DNA of 64,000 bases from Candidatus Dormiibacterota bacterium (GTDB lineage: Bacteria > Chloroflexota > Dormibacteria > Aeolococcales > Aeolococcaceae), in the NCBI GenBank assembly GCA_963718525.1, contig OY970355.1:448001-512000 (forward strand). The letters are read 5' to 3'. A model generated the notes under the pieces. That model worked only from the letters and a program-made list of their open reading frames with translations, searched no databases and was not told the origin of the DNA. The translations under genes were made by a program, and so were the position numbers. Shown here one piece after another: positions 40,646-53,623 of the stretch; positions within the stretch are counted from its first letter, which is position 1; the number at the start of each line of letters is the position of its first letter.

Positions 40646-42099
40646 ACCGCGGCTCGGGATTCCGCGGGGGCGCTCGTCGCCGTGGCCGCGTCACGTGGTT
40701 TGTGGCTGATCAGTGCGCACGTCGCGCCTGACAGCGCGGCCATGCCCGCCGCGTACCACCACAGGTGCTGGAAATGGGTGAGTGCGTCCGGGAGACTGTG
40801 CGGCGTTCCGAGGATCACCACGAGTAGAGCGACACCGAAAGCGCCGCCGATCTGGCGGGCGGTCTGATTGACGGCACTCCCAACTGCGAATCGATTCGGA
40901 TGCAGGCTTGAAACTGCTGCGGCGCTCAACACCGGGAGTGTCATCCCGATCCCGAGGCCGATGATCAGCGTGCCCGGCAGCCAGGTGGTGAGGTAGTCGT
41001 GCTGCACGCCGACGCGCGTCGCGAACCACACCAGGCCGCAGACGAAAATGGTAAAGCCGGCGAGCAGCACCCTTCGAAAACCGACCCGCGACGCCGCCCG
41101 CCCCGCGAGCCCTGACACCAGCGCAACCACCAGCGGCCCGGGCGTCACGGCAAGGCCGGCCTGGAGGATCGGGTAGTGCCACACACTGGTGAGAAACAGG
41201 ATGTTCCCGAGCAGCATCGCGAAGAACGCCATCGCATACAGCAAGGTCGCGGCGTTCGCCACGCTGAACGACCGGGCTTTGAAGAGCGCCAGATCCAGGA
41301 CCGGTTCCGGATGCCGCGCCGACCGAAGCAGAAAGGCGGATCCCACGATCAGTGCGCCCGCGAAGCATCCGATGACGGGTGCCGTTGACCAGCCCCACGT
41401 CGGTCCCTCCGTGATGCCGAGAACGAGCGCCGCGAGAGCCAGCGCGACGAGCAACGCACCGAGATAGTCCGGGGCAGCTCCGGCCGCGCCAGGCCGGGAG
41501 CGGGCCAGCACGCGCCGCCCGGCCAGCCAGGCAAGGACGCCGATCGGTACGTTGACAAAGAAGGCCCATCGCCAGCCACCGGCTGTGATCAGGGCGGCGC
41601 CCAGCGAGGGCCCCGTCGCGACCGCCAGGGCGCCCACCCCGCCCCACAGCGCGACGACCTGCGAACGCCGCTCCGCCGGGAACGCGGCGAGGAGAAGGCT
41701 CAGCGATGCGGGGAGAAGCGCGGCGGCGCCGCACCCCTGGATGACCCGCCCCGCCACGAGCAACGCCACTGACGGAGCGAGCCCGCACAGCGCCGACCCG
41801 GCTGTGAAGACCCCGAGGCCGGCAAAGAACACGCGGCGGCTGCCAAGTCGATCTGCGGTACGCCCGGCTATCACCAGCAGAGAGCCGAAGACGATGCTGT
41901 AGCTGGTGATCACCCAGGCGAGGGTGGCTCGGGGATCGCCGGGAAAGGAGCGTTCGAGCGCCGGAAACGCGACGTTCACGATCGAGAGATCCAACGACGC
42001 CATGAACACCCCGAGCGCGGTGACGGCGAAGACAATCCTGCGGCGGATCAGCGGGGTCGCAACCGCCGCCGGCGGGGCGGGAGCGCTCACCTGGGTCAC
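40642..42099 (-). CDS. DHA2-family (EmrB/QacA) MFS efflux transporter
   Basis: FMASLDLSIVNVA, GRTADRLGSRR, GRVIQGCG, WRWAFFVNVPIG; about 14 TM segments. Confidence 0.9.
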   Translation of the reverse strand: MTQVSAPAPPAAVATPLIRRRIVFAVTALGVFMASLDLSIVNVAFPALERSFPGDPRATLAWVITSYSIVFGSLLVIAGRTADRLGSRRVFFAGLGVFTAGSALCGLAPSVALLVAGRVIQGCGAAALLPASLSLLLAAFPAERRSQVVALWGGVGALAVATGPSLGAALITAGGWRWAFFVNVPIGVLAWLAGRRVLARSRPGAAGAAPDYLGALLVALALAALVLGITEGPTWGWSTAPVIGCFAGALIVGSAFLLRSARHPEPVLDLALFKARSFSVANAATLLYAMAFFAMLLGNILFLTSVWHYPILQAGLAVTPGPLVVALVSGLAGRAASRVGFRRVLLAGFTIFVCGLVWFATRVGVQHDYLTTWLPGTLIIGLGIGMTLPVLSAAAVSSLHPNRFAVGSAVNQTARQIGGAFGVALLVVILGTPHSLPDALTHFQHLWWYAAGMAALSGATCALISHKPRDAATATSAPAESRAAV

Positions 42100-42151
42100 C
42101 GAGGCACTGTATCGCCTTGCGTTCTATTATGCAACTCACTATCCTGAGACC
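42100..42151. promoter_or_regulatory. Divergent leaderless-type promoters with a central inverted repeat (candidate HxlR operator)
   Basis: TACAGT (-) 6 nt before the MFS GTG; TATCCT (+) 6 nt before the regulator ATG; TTGCGT-N6-ATGCAA at 42117-42134. Confidence 0.55.
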
Positions 42152-42628
42152 ATGGATCGAAAGAGCTTCGCGGGGATGGACTGCTCGGTCGCCCAGTGCC
42201 TCGAGGTCGTCGGGGAATGGTGGAGCATGCTGATCGTCCGGGATGCCTTCCTCGGAGTGACCCGCTTCGATGACTTCCAGCGCCGGCTGGGGATTTCGCG
42301 CAACATCCTCCAGGAGCGGCTCAGCACCCTTGTCGATGCGGGCGTGCTCGTTCGGGTGCCGTACTCGGAGCATCCGCCGCGCTACAGCTACCGCCTCACC
42401 GACAAGGGTCGCGACCTGTGGCCCATCCTCACGGCGATGCGGCAGTGGGGTGATCGGCACGCGGCGCCGGACGGTCCGCCGCTGCAGGTCATCCACAAGG
42501 CGTGCGGCGCCGTCTCGGAGGCGGTGCTGGTCTGCAGCACGTGTGGCGAACGGCTCGGGCCTCGTGTCGTCGAGGCGTTCCCGAGCCCGGGACATGAGCT
42601 GGCGGGGGTGATCGCGAGTCGCGCGTAA
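42152..42628 (+). CDS. HxlR-family winged-helix transcriptional regulator
   Basis: CSVAQCLEVVGEWWSMLIVRDAFLG..RFDDF..LGISRNIL..RL..Y.LTDKG. Confidence 0.92.
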   Translation: MDRKSFAGMDCSVAQCLEVVGEWWSMLIVRDAFLGVTRFDDFQRRLGISRNILQERLSTLVDAGVLVRVPYSEHPPRYSYRLTDKGRDLWPILTAMRQWGDRHAAPDGPPLQVIHKACGAVSEAVLVCSTCGERLGPRVVEAFPSPGHELAGVIASRA

Positions 42629-42664
42629 TCGAAGTCGAGCGTCGAATGCGATGGGGGCGCCGGA

Positions 42665-43270
42665 TCAGCAAGGCCGGCACTGGAACCTCGACCGACCGAA
42701 CCCGCGAGGGGATCTTGGTGGCGGCCCTACTGCCTCGGATCGGTCTCCGCGTCGACGTCCTGGCCACGAGTTCAGGAATAACGCAACCGCCAGCACGAGA
42801 ATCACACCGGCGTTGGTGCCGAGCTCCTGCAAGGACTGCACTATCGACGGCGATCCAGCGGGCGATCCCCCTGAAGACAGCGTGAGCCGCGTCGAGACCG
42901 CGAGGATGTCTCGCACCGCGGCGATGATCCCGATGACCAGGAACGGCCGAAAGGGAAATCCCCAGCCCTCCAGGTGGGTGAGGACGGTTCGCATGATGTC
43001 CACGAGGATGATCACGACGAGCACGCCGTCGACGGCGCTGACCAGCGACAGCGTGTAGTTGGGTGACGACGCATTGAGCGAGGTGATGAAGCTGATGAAG
43101 CTTCGGACCAGCACCACGCCCGCGAGCACGAGAAGCACCAGCGCCACGCCGTACTGGACGAGGTCGATGAGCACCCGGATCGGCGTCCCCCGGCGTATCT
43201 CCGCCCACGACCAGACACCGCCGCCCTCAGGGGGCGGCTCAATGCGGCCAGCTCCAGGTTCGTCAGCCAT
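42665..43270 (-). CDS. PsiE-family (phosphate-starvation-inducible) membrane protein
   Basis: Four TM segments with PFLVIGIIAAVRDIL, typical of PsiE-like proteins. Confidence 0.7.
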   Translation of the reverse strand: MADEPGAGRIEPPPEGGGVWSWAEIRRGTPIRVLIDLVQYGVALVLLVLAGVVLVRSFISFITSLNASSPNYTLSLVSAVDGVLVVIILVDIMRTVLTHLEGWGFPFRPFLVIGIIAAVRDILAVSTRLTLSSGGSPAGSPSIVQSLQELGTNAGVILVLAVALFLNSWPGRRRGDRSEAVGPPPRSPRGFGRSRFQCRPC

Positions 43271-43350
43271 GACGGTCAGTCAGTGTATGCCGCCCTCGCC
43301 CAGCCGCACGTTCTCGTCGAGGTTGAAACCATCGCCATCGGCACTTAACG

Positions 43351-43386
43351 AGGAAGACACGCCCCTGCGGTGGGACGTGTCTTCCT
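43351..43386. terminator. GC-rich hairpin, probable terminator after the small membrane protein genes
   Basis: Perfect 11-bp stem AGGAAGACACG / CGTGTCTTCCT; no clear U-tract. Confidence 0.5.
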
Positions 43387-43413
43387 GACGGGTGCTGGGG
43401 GTGAATCCACCCC

Positions 43414-43569
43414 TCAGTAATAGTGGCGACGTCCACCCACTGCGTGCCCGGCCATTCCCATCAGCTCGAGCACGAGCCCGATGACGATCAGGATCACCCC
43501 GATGGTGACCAGGATGGGTATCGCCGCCACCAGCCCGATGATGAGCAAGATGATGCCCAGAACGATCAT
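43414..43569 (-). CDS. Small membrane protein (DUF6131-like)
   Basis: MIVLGIILLIIG...GHAVGGRRHYY; GAGGAG RBS. Confidence 0.75.
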   Translation of the reverse strand: MIVLGIILLIIGLVAAIPILVTIGVILIVIGLVLELMGMAGHAVGGRRHYY

Positions 43570-43600
43570 TCCGTATCTCCTCGTGGTGCGAAGTTGGTTG

Positions 43601-43825
43601 TCAGAGCGGACGGTCGTCGATGGTGGTGGTGGTGCTGCCCCGGCGCACAACCCCCGGGCCGCCCCACGACGACCAGAAGATCAGTGACAGGACGACTCCG
43701 AGCGCTCCAACCGCCATCAGGATGTACCCGATGGTGTGCAGGTCGACCCCGTTGGTGGTGACGTGGATGGCAAAGGCCAGCACGGCTCCGACCGCGATCA
43801 GAAAGATGGCCACTCCGATTCCCAT
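43601..43825 (-). CDS. Small membrane protein (DUF6458-like)
   Basis: MGIGVAIFLIAVGAVLAFAI...VDLHTIGYILM; AAGGAGG RBS. Confidence 0.78.
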   Translation of the reverse strand: MGIGVAIFLIAVGAVLAFAIHVTTNGVDLHTIGYILMAVGALGVVLSLIFWSSWGGPGVVRRGSTTTTIDDRPL

Positions 43826-44051
43826 TGATAACCTCCTTGTTCTCGCTGCCCCTATCCCAGGTATGTCAGCGACCGTATAGCTGATTCGGATACCGATACT
43901 ATCACATATGGACCCGCGGATGTGAAGGGTTGAGCGAACCCCGAGCCTGGCAGTGATCTGCGGGCAGGCTCACGACGACGGTGGGTGAGGACCCGTCTGA
44001 TACCGTGAGAGCCATCAATCATGCTAGTTCATCTAGCAGATTTGCGCTCAC

Positions 44052-46280
44052 GTGGAGCGGTTGGAGCAGGTACCCACGCGGGGTTTCGTTCGGATGATTC
44101 TCGAGAGCGTCGTCTTCTTCGCACTGCTGCTGATCACGACGCTGGTCATTGCGTCGCTGCCGCGCGCGATCACCGCGCACGCGTGGCTCGCCGTGCCGCT
44201 CTGCCTGGTTGCTCTTGCAGGAGCAGGGGCTGCCTTCCTCGAGATCGAGCGTGACGAGCCGGGTATGGCGACGCTCGGAATCGTGGCGATCGTGCTGGTC
44301 GTTGCCATGCGGATCATCCAGCCGCGATGGAGCTTCGTCGGCGCGCAGCTGTTCGTGGGGGTCAGCGCCGCCGCACTGTGTTACCTGACCTACGCGTCAC
44401 TCCAGACGTTTCTTGGTGGCCTGCCGCTGGGCGCGATGCTCGCATCGGTCGTGCTGCTCATCCTCGAGATCCTTGCGCTGCTCCTGTCGGTGTCATTCAC
44501 GTTCGAGATCGTGGACGTGCTGTCGCGCCGCGAGCGGCGGCGAGCGATCCCGCCAATGACGAGAGCGCCGTGGGTGGCGCTCCAGGTGCCCACGTACAAC
44601 GAGCCGCTCGAGGTGGTCCGGCCAACGCTCGAATCGCTTGCCAGGCTTGACTATCCGAACCTCATCGTCCAGGTCGTCGACAACAACACGTCCGATCCGG
44701 CGCTCTGGGAACCGATCGAGGAGCTCTGCGCGCAGATGGGTCCGCGCTTCACCTTCCTGCACCTCGAGGACTGGCCTGGCTTCAAGGCAGGGGCGCTCAA
44801 CGAGGCCACCACCCGTCTCCCCGCGGAGATCGAGATTCTGGGCATCGTGGATGCGGACTACCAGGTGCATCCGCAATGGCTCCGCAACACCATCGGCCAT
44901 TTCGATGATCCTTCCGTCGCGTTCATGCAGACGTCCCAGCACTATCGCGAGTGGCGGGACAACCGGTATCTGCGCGGCCTCTTCTACAGCTTCCGCTATT
45001 TCTTCGACATCACGATGATCGCGCGCAGCCATCGCAACGCGATCATCTTCTGCGGCACCATGGGGCTGATCCGCCGGTCGGCGTTCAGCGAGATCGGCGG
45101 CTGGAACCAGGAGTGCATCACCGAGGACGCGGAGGCGTCGTTGCGCATGCTCGGTGCCGGCTACCGCGGCGTCTACGATCCGGCGGCATACGGCGAGGGG
45201 CTGATGCCATTGGATTTCGACGGCCTGAAGAAGCAGCGGTTCCGCTGGGCGCTCGGTGGCATCCAGATTCTCAAGTTCCACTGGCGCGAGATGGTCCCGT
45301 TCGCGAAGCACCGGATGAGGCTGACGGCCGGCCAGCGCATCCACTATCTGCTCGGCAGTGTGCAGTGGTTCGCGGAGGTCCTGACCGCCACGTTCACCGT
45401 GTTGCTCCTCGCCACGGCCCTCGCGACGTCTCTGCATGAACGGCTGCCGGTGCGCCAGCTGACCGGCGCCGTCCTTGCCGTGCCGCTCGCATTCGCGATC
45501 ACCGGCATTCTGCGCGCGGTGTGGGCGATGCGCCGCGCCTGCCACGCCACCACCCGGGATGCGCTCAACGCCCTGCGTGTGTGGTTCGCGCTGTCATGGG
45601 TGGTCACGCTCGCCTGCGTGCGCGGCCTCGTCCAACGACACGCCGAGTTCCTGCGCACCGCCAAGAGCAAGGAGGGCCGTTCGCTGATCGCAGCGCTGCG
45701 TTCATCGCGTGCCGAAACCGGCCTGATGATCGCCGGTGTCGCCGGGGCGGCAGCGATGCTGGTGCGGTCGCCAAGCTTTGCGACGGTTGTGCTTGCGGCG
45801 CTGCTGGGGTTCGAAGCCTTCGTCTACTCCAACGCACCGTGGGCAAGCCTCGCGGCGGAAGGCATCATCCTGACGCCGGAGCGCCTCGCCTACGCTCGGT
45901 CGCCGCAGAACACCGGTGATCGTCCCCAACGCAGGCGACCGATGGCACTGCCGCTCGGAGTGACGGGACTGGCGGCGGCCGCCGCGGTGGTGGCCTTGGT
46001 GGTGTCGTCACCGAGCCAGAATTCGCCGTTCGGCGGACCGCAATTCGACCTGCCGCGCATCGGCAATGTCGCGCCGAATCTAAAGGTCGGTCCGCTTCCC
46101 GCCGTGACTCCGTCGCCATCCGCGAGCGCCACCCCGAGCGCACAAACGAGTCCGTCGACATCGCCAAGCCCGTCGGCGTCACCATCCGCATCACCGACGA
46201 CCGCTCCGACAACGTCGCCGACACCCGGGCCCACCGCGACGCCGACGCCCGTCGCGACACCGACGTCAGCTGCCCCCTAA
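44052..46280 (+). CDS. Processive GT2 glycosyltransferase (NdvB/cellulose-synthase-like) with Pro/Ser/Thr-rich C-terminal tail
   Basis: VPTYNEP, VDNNT, GFKAGALN, VDADY, ITEDAE, QRFRW (D,D,D,QxxRW); TM helices on both sides. Confidence 0.88.
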   Translation: MERLEQVPTRGFVRMILESVVFFALLLITTLVIASLPRAITAHAWLAVPLCLVALAGAGAAFLEIERDEPGMATLGIVAIVLVVAMRIIQPRWSFVGAQLFVGVSAAALCYLTYASLQTFLGGLPLGAMLASVVLLILEILALLLSVSFTFEIVDVLSRRERRRAIPPMTRAPWVALQVPTYNEPLEVVRPTLESLARLDYPNLIVQVVDNNTSDPALWEPIEELCAQMGPRFTFLHLEDWPGFKAGALNEATTRLPAEIEILGIVDADYQVHPQWLRNTIGHFDDPSVAFMQTSQHYREWRDNRYLRGLFYSFRYFFDITMIARSHRNAIIFCGTMGLIRRSAFSEIGGWNQECITEDAEASLRMLGAGYRGVYDPAAYGEGLMPLDFDGLKKQRFRWALGGIQILKFHWREMVPFAKHRMRLTAGQRIHYLLGSVQWFAEVLTATFTVLLLATALATSLHERLPVRQLTGAVLAVPLAFAITGILRAVWAMRRACHATTRDALNALRVWFALSWVVTLACVRGLVQRHAEFLRTAKSKEGRSLIAALRSSRAETGLMIAGVAGAAAMLVRSPSFATVVLAALLGFEAFVYSNAPWASLAAEGIILTPERLAYARSPQNTGDRPQRRRPMALPLGVTGLAAAAAVVALVVSSPSQNSPFGGPQFDLPRIGNVAPNLKVGPLPAVTPSPSASATPSAQTSPSTSPSPSASPSASPTTAPTTSPTPGPTATPTPVATPTSAAP
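46095..46277 (+). repeat. Low-complexity S/T-P repeat coding region
   Basis: Encodes TPSPSASATPSAQTSPSTSPSPSASPSASPTTAPTTSPTPGPTATPTPVATPTSAAP. Confidence 0.8.
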
Positions 46281-46317
46281 GTCACGGCGGGGCGTTCACG
46301 CCTGCGGTTGTTGACGT

Positions 46318-47750
46318 CTAAGGCAGGCGCACCGAACCGGTCAGATACGCGTCGCAGCTGCGCGCCGCGGCGCGACCATCCGCAATCGCCCAGACGATCA
46401 GCGAGGCACCGCGAACCGCATCACCGGCTGCGAAGACGCCGGGTGCGGCACAGGCAAATGCCTCGTCGACCGCAACGTTCCCCGCGTCGTTGAACGTCAC
46501 TGACAGCTCATCGAGCAAGCCGGACTTCGTCGGGCCGGCGTAGCCGATCGCGATGAGCACGAGGTCGGCGCCAAGCTGCACGTCCTCCCCCGGCAGCGGG
46601 ACGAACGTGCGGTTCCCATTCTCGCGACGCGCTTCCACTCGAGCCGCGTGCACACGCCGCACCGCGCCCTTATCGCCTTCGAACCTCGTCACCATCAGGC
46701 CGAAGTCGCGCGACCCACCCTCATCGTGCGCCGGGTACGTACGCAGGATGAGCGGCCACTGCGGCCACGGGTTTCCGTCGGGCCGGGTGTCCGGCGGTTG
46801 CGCATAGAGGTAGAGCTGCTGCACCTCGCTGCACCGCTCACGGATGACGTTCCCGAGGCAGTCCGCGCCGGTATCGCCGCCTCCGATGATGATCACCTTC
46901 CCGCCTCGCGCAGTGATATCAGGTTGCGTCGTGGCACGCTCGCCGGCGACTCTGCGGTTCTGCTGGACCAGGTAGTCCATCGCGAAGTGAACGCCGCCCA
47001 ATTCGCGCCCGGGGACGTCGATGTCGCGCGGCCGATCGGCACCCACGCCGAGCACGACCGCGTCGAAGCGCTCCCGCAACTGTGCTGCACTGATGTCGGT
47101 GCCGATGTCGTACCCCGTCTCGAAGGTGATGCCTTCAGCCTCGAGCAGATCGATCCGCCGGTCCAGCACCCATTTCTCCATCTTGAAATCGGGAATGCCG
47201 AATCGCAGCAGGCCGCCGACACGGTCGGACCGCTCGAACACGGTGACGCGATGACCGGCTCGGTTGAGCTGTTGCGCGGCGGCGAGGCCGGCCGGCCCGG
47301 AGCCGACCACCGCCACGCGCCGTCCCGTGCGATGCGCCGGCGGTTCAGCGCGGATCCAGCCTTCGTCGAAAGCCCGATCGATGATTGCCTGTTCAATCTG
47401 CTTGATCGCGACCGGGTCATCGTTGATGGCGAGCACGCATGCGGGCTCGCATGGCGCGGGGCACAGGCGGCCGGTGAACTCCGGAAAGTTGTTGGTGGCA
47501 TGGAGCCGCTCCACGGCAGCTTTCCAGTCATCGCGCGCGACGAGGTCGTTCCACTCGGGGATGAGGTTGCCGAGCGGACATCCGTGGTGACAGAAGGCGA
47601 CGCCGCAGTCCATGCATCGCGACCCCTGATCACGCAGTATCTGTACCGGCAACGGCAGGTACACCTCACGGTAGTCGGCGATCCGTTCCGACACCGGCCG
47701 TTTGTGAGCGGTGTGCCGCGTGTGCTGGAGGAACCCGGTGCGCGCCGGCA

Positions 47751-47751
<1 letters not shown>
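46318..47751 (-). CDS. gltD: Glutamate synthase small subunit
   Basis: RCMDCGVAFCHHGCP, NNFPEFTGRLCPAPCE, GSGPAGL, IGGGDTGADC, GASLIVWAI. Confidence 0.95.
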
Positions 47752-52274
<4,523 letters not shown>

Positions 52275-52419
52275 GCTCGGGCGGTCAGAGCAAGTTGGGC
52301 ATGCGGACTGCTGGGCCTGTGCTACGGTACGCGTCAATGGCCGCAACTGCGCGTCGATACTTTGGCCCGCCAGCCGTAAGGCTGCCGGGGGTCCTCTAAC
52401 CCGACCGCGCAGTCGTTAC

Positions 52420-52494
52420 CAGGGCTGGTTCATCAGAGATGGGTCAGCCCCGGATCCCGTGTGGTGGCCCATCACCACTCGGAGGTGCCAAACA
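52420..52494 (+). promoter_or_regulatory. Structured 5' leader with alternative hairpins ahead of DAHP synthase
   Basis: Hairpin GGGCTGGTTCATC/GATGGGTCAGCCC, then GTGGTG/CACCAC next to the GGAGG RBS; alternative pairing GATGGGTCA/TGGCCCATC. Confidence 0.4.
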
Positions 52495-53583
52495 GTGACC
52501 ATCGAGCCGCTGCTCCTCAGCGCGACACGACGACACGAAACCCACCGCGTCACGATCGGCGACGTCACGGTGGGCGGCGACACGGTCCCGGTGATGGCCG
52601 GGCCATGCACAGTCGAGCCGGGCTACGTCGACCACGCCATTGCGGCGCGGCGGGCAGGCGCCTCGGTGCTTCGCGGCTGCGTGATGAAACCTCGCACACG
52701 ACCGGGATCGTTCCAGGGCCTTGGCCGTGACGGGCTTCCGCTGCTCGACGAGGCGCGACGCGTCACCGGGTTGCCGGTGATCGCCGAACCGCTCGCCGGC
52801 GATGACATCGGCATGCTCCGCGACCACGTCGACGCCCTGCTCATCGGCGCCCGCTCGATGCACAACACACCGCTGCTGCGCGCAGCAGGCCAGAGCGGCA
52901 TGACGGTGATCCTCAAGCGAGGAATGTCTGCCACGTACGACGAGTGGCTTGCGGCCGCCGACTACGTGACCGCTGAGGGAAACCGAGAGGTCGTCCTCTG
53001 CGAGCGGGGCATCCGCACCTTCGAGACGAGCACACGGAACACGCTGGACGTGAGCGCGATCGCGGTGCTCCGCGACATGACCGATCTCCCAATCGCCGTG
53101 GATCCGAGTCACGCCGCGGGCAAGTCGCGATGGGTCCCGTCGCTCGCCGTCGCCGCCCTCGCCGCCGGCGCTGACGCGCTGCTCATCGAGTGTCACCCGG
53201 ATCCGGCCGCATCGCTGTGCGACGCTGCCCAGGCGATTACTCCTGAGGTACTCGGCCAGATCGTCCACACCTCGCTGGCGCTCTGCGCGATGACGCGTCC
53301 GGCAGTCGCCGAGACGGTTGCCGGATGCCGCCTCATGATCGACACCATCGACGATGCCGTCTTCCAGATGCTCGAGTACCGTGCCGCGATTGTCGAAGCC
53401 GTGCAGCACCGCAAGACGGCGGCCCAACTGCCGGAGCGTGACCTCGGTCGCGAACAGGAAATCGTGGAACGGCTGTCGCAACGCGCGCCGCGACTGGGAG
53501 AGCAGCGAATTGATCGCCTCGTGCACGCGATCATCGACGAGTGCCTCGACGTCGTTCCGGTTCGCCCCCAGGCGGTCGCCTGA
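52495..53583 (+). CDS. Type I-beta DAHP synthase fused to a C-terminal AroQ chorismate mutase
   Basis: AGPCTVE, KPRT, IGARSMHN, LKRG, CERGIRTFE, DPSH; C-terminal R..IDTID...R...K....RD.GREQEI. Confidence 0.88.
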   Translation: MTIEPLLLSATRRHETHRVTIGDVTVGGDTVPVMAGPCTVEPGYVDHAIAARRAGASVLRGCVMKPRTRPGSFQGLGRDGLPLLDEARRVTGLPVIAEPLAGDDIGMLRDHVDALLIGARSMHNTPLLRAAGQSGMTVILKRGMSATYDEWLAAADYVTAEGNREVVLCERGIRTFETSTRNTLDVSAIAVLRDMTDLPIAVDPSHAAGKSRWVPSLAVAALAAGADALLIECHPDPAASLCDAAQAITPEVLGQIVHTSLALCAMTRPAVAETVAGCRLMIDTIDDAVFQMLEYRAAIVEAVQHRKTAAQLPERDLGREQEIVERLSQRAPRLGEQRIDRLVHAIIDECLDVVPVRPQAVA

Positions 53584-53623
53584 CGCCGTCCACGCCGTCG
53601 TCCGGCAACTCTAAGCTTGACCC

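Noticed and set aside
52420-52494. SAM-I/SAM-IV riboswitch resemblance (TCATCAGAG...AGGTGCCAA)
   Set aside because: The GGCAACC core and P2/kink-turn elements are absent, and the downstream gene is not in sulfur metabolism.
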